DNA from: Candidatus Latescibacterota bacterium
GTDB taxonomy: Bacteria > Latescibacterota > UBA2968 > UBA8231
Direction: 5' to 3'
Assembly: GCA_965221775.1 (NCBI GenBank)
Contig: CBDCSU010000005.1
Coordinates: 960,001 to 1,024,000 of the forward strand
Length of the DNA stretch: 64,000 nt
Shown: piece by piece, positions 8,074 to 17,358 of the stretch
Layout: each line of letters opens with the position of its first letter
Numbering within the stretch: position 1 is the stretch's first letter
The notes under the pieces: model-generated
What the model saw: the letters and a program-made list of their open reading frames with translations, nothing else
Told to the model about the DNA's origin: nothing
Database searches by the model: none
Program-made: the position numbers and the translations under genes

Positions 8074-10620
8074 ATGTCCGACAACTCCGAGAACCCGCAC
8101 CCCCCCCCGGCGGCGGACCTGACCGCCGCCCTCGCCCTCCTGCGGGCCCTCCACGGAGAGGACGTGCCGGACGGCCCCCTCGGTCCGGCGACGGTCCCCG
8201 AGAGCGTCCTCGCCCTGCCCGTCAAGGCGGCGATGGAGCTCTTCGAGTACCACGGCAAGGTCTGCACCAACCTCCACTGTCACCACCTGCCGCCGCCCCT
8301 GCGGCCCTACCGGCACATGCGCCGGCAGGCGATCCGGGGCGCCGCCGGCCTGGTGCACGAGGTCCTCTGGGACTGGCCCGACCACGATCTGGTGGTCACC
8401 GTCCGCGCGGCGATCCTCGACGAGTACGACGAGCTGGCCAGCCTGGTCTCCAAGGGCGATCTGCTTCAGGGCGGCCGGCTCGGGGAGCTCCTGGAGGACC
8501 CTGAAGGCGTCTTCAATCTGACCGCCGTCCTCTGGGCATCGCGATTCCAGCCCCCCCCGGCCGAGGAGCTGTTCCGCTGCCTCGTGCCTGTCGCCGTGGG
8601 CGCCTCCGCCTCCGGCGCCGGCGCCCCCCGGGGGCCCGGTGCGGACCGGGAGTCGATGAAGGAACTGAAGGCCGAGCGCCGCAAGCTGCGCAGAGAGCTG
8701 AAGGGATCCGCCGACGAGGCCGGGAGGCTCCAGGCGGCCTTGCGGCGCAGCGAGCTGGCCCTCGAGAAGGTCCGGCGCGATCACGGAGAGACCCGCGAGC
8801 GGGCGGAGGCCGCGGCGGCGGAGGTCGGGCGCCTGGAGGACCGCCTGCGCCGCGACCATTCCGCCATCGAGGACCACCAGCTCAAGGCGGACCAGGCCGA
8901 GCGGGTGAACACCGACCTGCTCTGCGACCGGCGGCGCCTGCAGAAGGAGATCCGCCGCAAGGAGCAGGAGCGCAGCCGGCTCGCCTCCCGGCTGGCCAAC
9001 GAGAACACGCGCCTGCAGCGCCTGGAGCAGCAGGCCGCCAGCCGTCCGAGGGGGGCCGATGCGGTGTGGAGGTTCCTGCGCCGGGAGAAGGAGCGCATCC
9101 AGGCGGATCTCGCCGGGGCCGGCGCCGGAGGGGCGCGCGCGGATGAGGAGTGGACCGCCCACCTCCGCCTGGAGGAGGCTTTCCTCGCCGCTCATCCCCG
9201 CTACCGGCCGGTGCGCGCGGTCTCCGTGCGGCGGCCGAAGCCGCCCCTGCGGCTCGACGCCCTCGGGGGCTCCTCGGAGATCGGCCGCAGCTGCTACCTC
9301 CTCGAGCTTGGTGGCCGCCGCATCCTGGTCGACTGCGGGATCAAGCCGGGCGCCGCCCGGGACCTGCACCCCGGCTTCGGCGGTCTCGACCGCATCGACG
9401 CCCTCCTGCTCACCCACGCGCACACCGACCACATCGGCTGGGTCCCGGCCCTGGTGCGCAGGTTCGGCGACGACCTCGACATCTACTGCTCGAGCGCCAC
9501 CGCGGCGCTCCTTCCGGTGCAGCTGCAGGACTGCCGGCAGCACTACCTCCACAAGATGCGCCTGCAGCGGGACAACGCGCAGTACGGCTCCGACGAGGAA
9601 GGGCCCCGGGACGCCTACGGCCAGGAAGAGGTGGACCGAATCCCCTTCCAGGTGCACGCCTGCGGGTTCGAGGAGGAGGTGCGTCTGCCCTTCGACGACA
9701 TCTCGGTCCGCTTCTTCGCCGCGGGCCACATCCTCGGCGCCGCGAGCATCCTCGTCGAGGACGGGCGCGGCCGCCGGGTGTTCTTCTCCGGCGACTTCTC
9801 CTCCTTCCCCCAGCTCACCACGCCCGCCGCCTCCTGGCCCGAGGACCTCGGCGAGGTCGACCTGCTCGTCCTCGAGTCCACCTACGGCAACCGGCGGCAC
9901 CAGCCCATGGACCGGGTGCGCGCCGACCTCGTGGCCTTCATCCGCGAGACGACCCAGACGCGGGAGGGCTCGGTGATCCTGGCCTCCTTCGCCCTCGGCC
10001 GCGCCCAGGAGCTGCTCCAGCTCGTCGCCGCCGCCCAGGTCCAGGGCGACCTCTCCCCTTCGCTGCCCGTCCACTTCGACGGCATGATCCGCGAGATCAA
10101 CCCGATCTATGCCGACCACGCCGACCTCCGCCTCCCCGGGAGCTTCCACGAGGTCTCCGGGCCCCATGGCCGGCAGGAGGCCGCCGAGGGTGCGCGGACC
10201 GTCCCCTCCGTCATCGTCACCACCTCCGGCATGCTCACCGGCGGGCCGGTCGTCGAGTACGCCCGGCGGCTGCTCCCCGAGCCACGGCACCGCATCGTCC
10301 TGACGGGCTACCAGGACGAGGGCGCCCCGAGCCGGGCCCTGCGCGAGCTGGCCTCCCCCGGACTCGCCCGCCGGGTGCGGCTCTCCAACGGCGCCGGGGA
10401 GAGCTTCGAGATCCGGGCGGCCCTGCCGGCGAAGGAGGCGAGCCTCTCCGGGCACGCAGACCAGCCCGGACTCGTGAGCTACGCCGGGCGCCTGCGGCCG
10501 CGGCACATCGCCCTCGTCCACGGGGAGCCCGCCGCCCAGGAGGAGCTCGGTGCCCGCCTCGCCGAGCGGCATCCGGGGGCGGAGATCGTCGGCGGCCCCG
10601 ACGAGCTGGAGGTGGCATGA
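8074..10620 (+). CDS. MBL-fold beta-CASP ribonuclease with a long N-terminal helical/coiled-coil extension
   Basis: LGGSSEIGRSC, LVDCG, THAHTDH, GHILGA, FSGDF, ESTYG, FALGRAQE, TSGMLTGG, GYQDE, SGHAD, VHGE. Residues ~190-370 are E/R/K/L-rich with heptad character. Confidence 0.88.
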   Translation: MSDNSENPHPPPAADLTAALALLRALHGEDVPDGPLGPATVPESVLALPVKAAMELFEYHGKVCTNLHCHHLPPPLRPYRHMRRQAIRGAAGLVHEVLWDWPDHDLVVTVRAAILDEYDELASLVSKGDLLQGGRLGELLEDPEGVFNLTAVLWASRFQPPPAEELFRCLVPVAVGASASGAGAPRGPGADRESMKELKAERRKLRRELKGSADEAGRLQAALRRSELALEKVRRDHGETRERAEAAAAEVGRLEDRLRRDHSAIEDHQLKADQAERVNTDLLCDRRRLQKEIRRKEQERSRLASRLANENTRLQRLEQQAASRPRGADAVWRFLRREKERIQADLAGAGAGGARADEEWTAHLRLEEAFLAAHPRYRPVRAVSVRRPKPPLRLDALGGSSEIGRSCYLLELGGRRILVDCGIKPGAARDLHPGFGGLDRIDALLLTHAHTDHIGWVPALVRRFGDDLDIYCSSATAALLPVQLQDCRQHYLHKMRLQRDNAQYGSDEEGPRDAYGQEEVDRIPFQVHACGFEEEVRLPFDDISVRFFAAGHILGAASILVEDGRGRRVFFSGDFSSFPQLTTPAASWPEDLGEVDLLVLESTYGNRRHQPMDRVRADLVAFIRETTQTREGSVILASFALGRAQELLQLVAAAQVQGDLSPSLPVHFDGMIREINPIYADHADLRLPGSFHEVSGPHGRQEAAEGARTVPSVIVTTSGMLTGGPVVEYARRLLPEPRHRIVLTGYQDEGAPSRALRELASPGLARRVRLSNGAGESFEIRAALPAKEASLSGHADQPGLVSYAGRLRPRHIALVHGEPAAQEELGARLAERHPGAEIVGGPDELEVA

Positions 10621-10768
10621 GCAGCCCCCGACCGTCCTGCTCCGCGCCAAGGGAGAAGCGCGCGCTTCGTCGGGGCGATGTTCTTTGCCGCTCTGCTGGA
10701 GCTGTTTACGTTTTCCAACATCCTGCGTTGCGGGCAGGAGAAACCCGATCCCGACAATGGAGAGAGAG

Positions 10769-11509
10769 ATGAATGCCCTCGATGGCGACGGACCGGTCAC
10801 CCGCGCCCGCCGCGGCGGGCGCGGTCCGCTGATCTGGCTGGCCGGCGACCCGAAGGACCTGGCCGAGTGGATGCCCCTCGGCATCGCCGGCATCGTCACC
10901 AACACGGTCGTGCTCAACCAGATGGTGAAGATCTACGGCCCCGTGACCAGCGTCATCCGCGCCTACCTCGACATCACCGACAAGCCGGTGGTCGTCGAGA
11001 TCGACGGCCACAGCGTCGAGGAGCTGCTCGACGTGGGCCGGGTCTTCACGGAGATGTCGGACCAGGTGATCCTCAAGATCCCGTGCACCGTGAATGGCCT
11101 CAAAGCCTTCGCCGCCTTCCGCGACGAAGGGGTGGAGACCTACTGCACCACCTGCTTCTCCCTGACCCAGGCCGCGGCGGTGGCGGCGGCGGGGGTCGAT
11201 CACATCCTGCCGTTCTGCGACCCGGTGAAGGCCGTAGGCGGCGATCCCACGAAGCTGATCCGCGAGTGCGTGCAGATGTTCAGCGGCTGGGAGCAGCGCC
11301 CCTTCATCCAGGCGGCGCTCATCCGCTCCGTCGATACCGCGTACGCCGCCTTCCGCGACGGCTGCGACGAGCTGGTCACCATGTGGACGGTCTACCGCGA
11401 CATGATGGAGCACCCGCTCACCGACCAGTGGAACCAGACCTTCATGGACGAGTGGATCGACATGCACCGCAGCGGCATGCTGGAGGGCCTGCCGGTGCGG
11501 CTCGATTGA
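10769..11509 (+). CDS. Transaldolase/fructose-6-phosphate aldolase family protein (divergent)
   Basis: GIVTNT (cf. GVTTNP), Schiff-base Lys in VILKIP, T.CFSLTQA, AALIRS, C-terminal HPLTD. Confidence 0.75.
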   Translation: MNALDGDGPVTRARRGGRGPLIWLAGDPKDLAEWMPLGIAGIVTNTVVLNQMVKIYGPVTSVIRAYLDITDKPVVVEIDGHSVEELLDVGRVFTEMSDQVILKIPCTVNGLKAFAAFRDEGVETYCTTCFSLTQAAAVAAAGVDHILPFCDPVKAVGGDPTKLIRECVQMFSGWEQRPFIQAALIRSVDTAYAAFRDGCDELVTMWTVYRDMMEHPLTDQWNQTFMDEWIDMHRSGMLEGLPVRLD

Positions 11510-11511
11510 CC

Positions 11512-12276
11512 TCAGTTCCCGGGGATCTCCTCCAGCAGCCGGGTCCAGGCCCGGGCCAGGTCCATCACGTCGCCGCCGCAGACCACCAGGTCGCAGCCGG
11601 CCTCCATCGCCGCATCGAGCAGGGGCCCCGGCAGGGTGAAGATGCCGCAGTGCCGCCCCGCGGCCTTCGCCTTGTCGATGCAGGACAGCACCATCCCCTG
11701 CAGGTGGGGATCGGTCATCTGGCCGGTGACGCCGAGGTTCACGGACAGGTCCCCCGGCCCCAGGAAGATCCCCGACAGGCCCTCCACCTGAAGGATCTCG
11801 TCGACGTTCTCCACGGCCCGGACCGTTTCCACCTGGGTGAAGAGGTGGGTGCCCTCGTTGGCCCGCGCCATCGCCTCCAACGGGTCGGCGAGGCCGAAGC
11901 CCATGCCCGGGGTGCGCGTGTTGAAGCCGCGGGCCCCCACGGGGGCGTACATGCCGTACTCCACGACCCGGCGGGCGTGCTCGGCGTCGTCGACCATGGG
12001 TACCACCACGATGCGCGCTCCCGATTCGAGGGCGCGGAGCACGTGGTGGCGCTCGCCGTCGGGCAGGCGAACCAGGGGCAGGGCGCCCCCGGCCTCGGCG
12101 GCGGTGCACAAAGCCTCGACCCGCTCGAAGCCCGAGGGGCCGTGCTCCATCTCGATCCAGACCGCCTCCCAGCCGATCTGCGCCGCCAGGCGCACGAGCA
12201 CCGGGGAGCCGCTGTTCACGGTGACGCCGCGCACCCTCCGCGGCTGCCCGCTGGCGTCGAGAAAGACATCCTTCAT
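11512..12276 (-). CDS. HpcH/HpaI aldolase family protein
   Basis: WIEMEHG, PLVR, VVPMV, QVET, FLGPGDLS. Confidence 0.88.
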   Translation of the reverse strand: MKDVFLDASGQPRRVRGVTVNSGSPVLVRLAAQIGWEAVWIEMEHGPSGFERVEALCTAAEAGGALPLVRLPDGERHHVLRALESGARIVVVPMVDDAEHARRVVEYGMYAPVGARGFNTRTPGMGFGLADPLEAMARANEGTHLFTQVETVRAVENVDEILQVEGLSGIFLGPGDLSVNLGVTGQMTDPHLQGMVLSCIDKAKAAGRHCGIFTLPGPLLDAAMEAGCDLVVCGGDVMDLARAWTRLLEEIPGN

Positions 12277-12476
12277 GGCGGCGGTCTCCTTGTTCTGGTG
12301 AGCGGCCGGGGCCGCGAGGCGGCGCCCGGCGCTGGCGGTGGAGGCGGAGAAAGTAAGCGGCGCCGGGCCCCGCGGGGCGAGTGCGCGAGGCAGATCGCGC
12401 GGCCTTTCCCCGGCTCGCGGCGGACCCTTGATTAGCCGGAAACCGCGACATCTGCTCCCGAAGAGACCCCGCCGCC

Positions 12477-13247
12477 ATGCGCAAGATCGACTGCCACATG
12501 CACGTCAACGGCGCCGGCATCTCTTGGGGCTGGGACCACAACGACCGCATCATCGAGGCCGCCGACGCCCTCGGCATCGACGAGCTCTACGCCAGCATCC
12601 CGGTCACCCGGGGCATGCCGGACTTCCCCCGGGTGCGGGAGTGCAACGACGCCGTCCTCGAGGCCATGGGGCGCTACAAGGGCCGCCTCTTCGGCTACTG
12701 CTTCGTCGTCCCGGGGCACCGGGAGTCCCTCGACGAGATCGACCGCTGCCTCGAGGCGGGCATGTCCGGGGTCAAGCTCTACAACCAGTACCGGATCTGC
12801 GATCCCGTGGTCTTCCCCGTCCTCGAGAAGGCGATCGAGGAGGGCGTGCCTGTCCTGGAGCACGCGGGACGGCCGACGACGCGCGACTTCCTCGACCAGC
12901 AGCCGAACATCTCCGACGCGGGGCACTTCGTCGAGGCGGCGCACCGCTACCCGGAGTGCATGCTCATCGAGGCCCACATCGGCGGCGGCGGCGACTGGGA
13001 GTGGGCCCTCAAGCAGCTGCGCGGCGCCCCTTCGGTGTACCTCGACACCTCGGGGTCGATCATCGACGACGGCATGGTCGAGGCCTGCGTCCGCGAGCTG
13101 GGGGCCGGGCGCATCCTCTTCGGCACCGACATGACCATGGAAGGGGGCGTGGGCAAGGTCCTCGGCGCCGACCTGACCGAGGCGCAGAAGGAGAGGATCT
13201 TCTGGCGGAACTTCCAGGGGATCCTCGACCGGCGCCGGAGGGGCTGA
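12477..13247 (+). CDS. Amidohydrolase family protein (Amidohydro_2)
   Basis: IDCHMH, GVKL, VLEH, EAHIGG, LDTSGS, ILFGTD. Confidence 0.88.
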   Translation: MRKIDCHMHVNGAGISWGWDHNDRIIEAADALGIDELYASIPVTRGMPDFPRVRECNDAVLEAMGRYKGRLFGYCFVVPGHRESLDEIDRCLEAGMSGVKLYNQYRICDPVVFPVLEKAIEEGVPVLEHAGRPTTRDFLDQQPNISDAGHFVEAAHRYPECMLIEAHIGGGGDWEWALKQLRGAPSVYLDTSGSIIDDGMVEACVRELGAGRILFGTDMTMEGGVGKVLGADLTEAQKERIFWRNFQGILDRRRRG

Positions 13248-13250
13248 GGC

Positions 13251-14024
13251 GTGCTCATCGACATCAACACCTGGATCGGCCACTGGCCCTTCCGCCGCCT
13301 CGCCAGGGCCACCGCCAGCGGCCTGCTGCGGCGGATGGACCGCAAGGGCATCGACATGGCGGTGGTGGCCGACGTGAGCGCCGCCCTCTACCGCAACAGC
13401 CACGTCGCCAACGAGGAGCTGGCCGCCCAGGTGCGCCGCCACCGCGACCGCCTGCTGCCGGTGGCCACCCTCGACCCCGGCTTCCCGGGCTGGCGCGAGG
13501 ACCTGCGGCGCTGCGCCGAGGAGCTGGGCATGGTGGGCCTGCGGCTCTATCCCCAGTACCACGAGTACCGCCTCACCGACCCCGAGGCCCTGGAGCTGAT
13601 CGACGCGGCCAGCGAGCGCGGCTTCGTCGTGCAGGTGCCGCAGCGCGTCGAGGACCGGCGCACCCGCCACCCCTGGGACCGCGCCCGCGACCTCTCCGGC
13701 GACGAGTTCCTCCAGGCCCTTCAGGCGCGGCCACAGGTGAAGTGGATGTTCCTCAACGCCCTGGGCCTGCCGGTGAGGGCCTTCCCCGAGGCCCGCTACG
13801 TGGCCGACATCTCGCGAATGGCGGCGGTGCTGCAGCGCTCGATGCAGGCCTTCCTCGACAAGGGCGGCAACGACAAGCTCGCCTTCGGCACGGGCATGGT
13901 CTTCAAGGTCCCCGACCCGGCCCTGCTGAAGCTGGAGTTACTCGACCGGGGGAAGAGGGTGCGCGACCGCGTCGCCTTCCGCAACGCGGCGAACCTGCTT
14001 GGACTGAAAGGAGCTGGAAGATGA
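13251..14024 (+). CDS. Amidohydrolase-fold protein lacking the canonical metal ligands
   Basis: IDINTWIGHWPFR (no HxH), GLRLYPQYH, AFGTGM (no Asp), NAANLL. GTG start 3 nt after the previous gene. Confidence 0.8.
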   Translation: MLIDINTWIGHWPFRRLARATASGLLRRMDRKGIDMAVVADVSAALYRNSHVANEELAAQVRRHRDRLLPVATLDPGFPGWREDLRRCAEELGMVGLRLYPQYHEYRLTDPEALELIDAASERGFVVQVPQRVEDRRTRHPWDRARDLSGDEFLQALQARPQVKWMFLNALGLPVRAFPEARYVADISRMAAVLQRSMQAFLDKGGNDKLAFGTGMVFKVPDPALLKLELLDRGKRVRDRVAFRNAANLLGLKGAGR

Positions 14025-14773
14025 CGGACACAACCGGCGCCAGGACCGACTTCGACCGCGACGGCTTCGTCCTGCTGCGCGAGTACCTGTCGCCGCCGGA
14101 GGCCGACGAGGTGAGCGCCAACATCGAGCGCTTCGTCGACGAGGTGCTGCCCGGGGCGCCCGAGAACACGGCGTTCTACGAGGACCCGGCGGACCCGTCG
14201 ACGATCAAGAGGCTCCAGAACATGGCGGATCTCGATCCCTGGTTCGACGAGCTGTGCCGCTCCGACCGCTTCCTGGGGCTCGCCTCCGAACTGCTCGGCG
14301 AGGAAGCCGTGGTCCGCAACCTGCAGTGGTTCAACAAGCCGGCCCGGGCCGGCGCCGTGACCCCGCCCCACCAGGACGGGTTCTACTTCATGCTCGAGCC
14401 GAACCACGCCGTGACCCTGTGGCTCGCCCTCGATCACATAAACGAGGAGAACGGCTGCATCCGCTACGTGCGCGGCTCCCACCGCCGCGGCCTGCGCCCC
14501 CACCAGCCCTCCGACGTGCTCGGCTTCTCCCTGGGGCTGCCCGACTACGGCGACGAGGACCGCGCCCTCGAGGCGCCGATCCACGCGCAGCCGGGAGACC
14601 TCTTCGCCCACCACTGCATGGTGATCCACCGCGCCGACGCCAACGAGTCCGACCGCGGGCGCTCGGCTCTCGGCCTCGTCTACTACGCCGGATCGGCCAA
14701 GGTCGACGACGAGCGCGCCGCTCGCTACCGCGAGGAGCTGTTCGCCCGGTGGAAGCGGGAGGGGAGGCTGTGA
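14021..14773 (+). CDS. Phytanoyl-CoA dioxygenase (PhyH) family Fe(II)/2OG oxygenase
   Basis: FDRDGF, FNKP, PHQD, WLALD, NGCIRYVRGSH, H..VIHRA..N.S..R. Confidence 0.9.
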   Translation: MTDTTGARTDFDRDGFVLLREYLSPPEADEVSANIERFVDEVLPGAPENTAFYEDPADPSTIKRLQNMADLDPWFDELCRSDRFLGLASELLGEEAVVRNLQWFNKPARAGAVTPPHQDGFYFMLEPNHAVTLWLALDHINEENGCIRYVRGSHRRGLRPHQPSDVLGFSLGLPDYGDEDRALEAPIHAQPGDLFAHHCMVIHRADANESDRGRSALGLVYYAGSAKVDDERAARYREELFARWKREGRL

Positions 14774-15450
14774 GCGGCGGCGAGGAGAGTCCCGGACCCT
14801 ACACGATCCGGCGGGCCCCCGAGGCCCTGGGCGATCCCACCGCCGCAGCGGGACGGTCCCTGTGGTCGGCGGCCGACGAGCTGGAGGTCACCCACTACGT
14901 GTGGCCGGACTCGGGCCACCGTCCCCGCACCCGGGCCCGCCTCCTCTGGGACGACAACTGGCTCGCCGTCCTCTTCGTCGTCGACGACCGCTACGTGCGC
15001 GCCGTGGCGCAACGCTTCAACGACTCCGTCTGCCACGACAGCTGCGTCGAGTTCTTCGTCGCCCCCGCCGCCGACCCGGCCGAGGACGCCTACTTCAACT
15101 TCGAGGTCAACTGCGGCGGCACCATGCTCCTCTACCGCTGCGGCACGTCCACCGTGGAGGTTCCGGAAGCCGACGGCGCCACCATCGCCATGGCCCACAC
15201 CCAGCCGAGGATCGTCGATCCCGAGGTCGTCGGCCCCACCACCTGGGCGGTGGAGTACCACGTGCCGTGGAGCCTCTTCGAGAAGCACTTCGGCCCGGTG
15301 ACGCCGAGGGCCGGCAGCGCCTGGCGCGCCAACTTCTACAAGTGCGGGGACCGCACCTCCCATCCCCACTGGGGATCGTGGGCGCCCGTGGACTCGCCGC
15401 GGCCGAACTTCCACCGCCCCGGCTCCTTCCGCCCCATTCACTTCGCCTGA
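14770..15450 (+). CDS. Carbohydrate-binding family 9-like protein, copy 1
   Basis: DSCVEFF, YFNFEVNCGG, WRANFYKCGD, PNFHRP. GTG start overlapping the PhyH stop. Confidence 0.8.
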   Translation: MSGGEESPGPYTIRRAPEALGDPTAAAGRSLWSAADELEVTHYVWPDSGHRPRTRARLLWDDNWLAVLFVVDDRYVRAVAQRFNDSVCHDSCVEFFVAPAADPAEDAYFNFEVNCGGTMLLYRCGTSTVEVPEADGATIAMAHTQPRIVDPEVVGPTTWAVEYHVPWSLFEKHFGPVTPRAGSAWRANFYKCGDRTSHPHWGSWAPVDSPRPNFHRPGSFRPIHFA

Positions 15451-15463
15451 GAGAAGGGGCCCG

Positions 15464-16147
15464 ATGGAATACACGATCCGGCGCGCCGCCTCCCCCCTCG
15501 GGCCACCCGCCGCCGACTGGGACCGGCCCCCGTGGCCGTCAGCCGACGTCCTGGAGCTGGGCTGCTGGCCCTGGCAGGACTCCGGCCACCACCCGCCGAC
15601 CTCGGCGCGGATCCTCTACGACGACGACTGCCTCGCCGTCATCTTCCGCGTCGAGGACCGCTACGTGCGCGCCGTGGCCGAGCGCTTCGGCGACCCGGTG
15701 AGCGAGGACAGCTGCGTCGAGTTCTTCCTGTCGCCCTTCGCCATGGGCGGGACCGACGCCTACTTCAACTTCGAGGTCAACTGCGGCGGCGTGCTGCTCC
15801 TGCGCCGGTGCTCGTCCACCACCGAGCGCGGCTGGGGGCGGCCCAACCCGCTCCTGGCGGAGGAGGACGCCCGCCTCGTGCGCATCGCCCACTCCATGCC
15901 GGAGCGGGTCGAGCCCGAGATCGCCGCGCCCACTACGTGGACGGTGGAGTACCACGTCCCCTTCGAGCTCTTCGGCCGCTACTTCGTCGATCTTCCGCGG
16001 CCCACGGCCGGCACCGAGTGGAAGGGGAACTTCTACAAGTGCGGCGGAAAGACGTCGCATCCCCACTGGGGGACCTGGGCGCCGATCGAGCTGGCCGAGC
16101 CCTCCTTCCACGAGCCCGCCTTCTTCCAGCCCCTGCGCTTCGCCTGA
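15464..16147 (+). CDS. Carbohydrate-binding family 9-like protein, copy 2
   Basis: Same motifs (DSCVEFF, YFNFEVNCGG, GNFYKCG, PSFHEP); tandem paralog. Confidence 0.8.
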   Translation: MEYTIRRAASPLGPPAADWDRPPWPSADVLELGCWPWQDSGHHPPTSARILYDDDCLAVIFRVEDRYVRAVAERFGDPVSEDSCVEFFLSPFAMGGTDAYFNFEVNCGGVLLLRRCSSTTERGWGRPNPLLAEEDARLVRIAHSMPERVEPEIAAPTTWTVEYHVPFELFGRYFVDLPRPTAGTEWKGNFYKCGGKTSHPHWGTWAPIELAEPSFHEPAFFQPLRFA

Positions 16148-16160
16148 AGGGGCTGGCGCC

Positions 16161-17102
16161 TCACTCCGGGTACAAGGCCTCGCCGCGGCAGCGGCCGAAG
16201 CGGTCCCGCAGCCACTCCAGGTGCTCGGGCGGCAGCGGCGGTCCGGTGATCGCCCGGGCGCCGGCCTCGAGGTGGGCGGGGTCCCCCGTGCCCACCAGCA
16301 CGACATCGATCCCGTCGCAGGCGGCGGCGAAGCGGAAGGCCAGCTCCGGCCACGTGCCCGGCGGCTGCCCGAGGAGGAAGCGCAGGTCGTCGGGAGTACC
16401 CGCGTCCAGCTTCGCCAGGGTCCGGGCGAGAGCCTCCTCGCTCACCAGCGCCCCGCGGGCGGCGCTCATGCAGATCACCCCGGTGCCGTTGGCCCGGGCC
16501 GGCGGGAAGGCGCAGGTATCGCCGGCCTGGTCGAAGATCCCGTACTGGACCATCGCCGAGTCCCACAGGCCCGAGGCGCAGGCCCGGGTGGCCATCTCCT
16601 GGGAGTAGTCGAACATGGGCTGCTCGGAGAGCCCGATGAAGCGCACCTTGCCCTGCTCACGGAGCCGCTCGGCCACCGGCAGCAGGTGCTCGACGAAGGT
16701 GTCGAGGGAGGCCGGAGGCACCCCGTGGTACTGGAAGAGGTCGATGCGGTCCCGGCGCAGGTCGCGCAGGCTCTCCTCCACCGCATCGATGACCCGCCGG
16801 GGATCGGTGTGCGGCTTGCGCTGCGGGTTCTCGCCGTCGGCCCAGTCGTAGAGCCAGACCTTGGTGGCCACGATCACGTCGGCGGCTCCGCGGCCATGCA
16901 GGGCCCGGCCGATGGCGTCCTCGGTGCCGTAGGTGCGCGCCGTGTCGATGAAGTTGACGCCCAGGTCGAGGGCGCGGCCGATGAGGCGGTCCATGTCGTC
17001 GAAGGTGGCGTCGCGCGACCGGCCGAGGCGGGAAGGGCCGCCGGCGCCGAGGCCGACGCGGGAGACGCGCAGGCCGGTGCGGCCGAGGGTGGTGTACTGC
17101 AT
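16161..17102 (-). CDS. Aldo/keto reductase
   Basis: LGRTGLRVSRVGLG, GVNFIDTARTYG, ATK, DLFQYH, GKVRFIGLS. Confidence 0.9.
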   Translation of the reverse strand: MQYTTLGRTGLRVSRVGLGAGGPSRLGRSRDATFDDMDRLIGRALDLGVNFIDTARTYGTEDAIGRALHGRGAADVIVATKVWLYDWADGENPQRKPHTDPRRVIDAVEESLRDLRRDRIDLFQYHGVPPASLDTFVEHLLPVAERLREQGKVRFIGLSEQPMFDYSQEMATRACASGLWDSAMVQYGIFDQAGDTCAFPPARANGTGVICMSAARGALVSEEALARTLAKLDAGTPDDLRFLLGQPPGTWPELAFRFAAACDGIDVVLVGTGDPAHLEAGARAITGPPLPPEHLEWLRDRFGRCRGEALYPE

Positions 17103-17358
17103 GGGGGTGGCTCTTCCTGCGGCGCTCAGGTGCTCCTGGCCGGCGCCGGCTATGTGCTGAGGATCAGGGGTCGCCCGCGGCGAGGGTTTCCACGACGGGC
17201 CGGCAGGTTCGCCGGCTTGCCAAACATAGACGGATGAGGGGTGCCCGCCGTGGCCAGCGGCGGAAGCCGCGACTCACCCCTCCCGGGTTTGCCTATTCTT
17301 GGCCAACGGCAGCCCGGAGTCGAACCCGCCGCCGCCAACCCGAGGAGAGACCCACCCC

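Noticed and set aside
17103-17358. Structured-looking intergenic region, possible riboswitch or ncRNA
   Set aside because: Only short GC-rich inverted repeats expected by chance, with no recognisable conserved RNA motif; an Rfam/Infernal scan would settle it.
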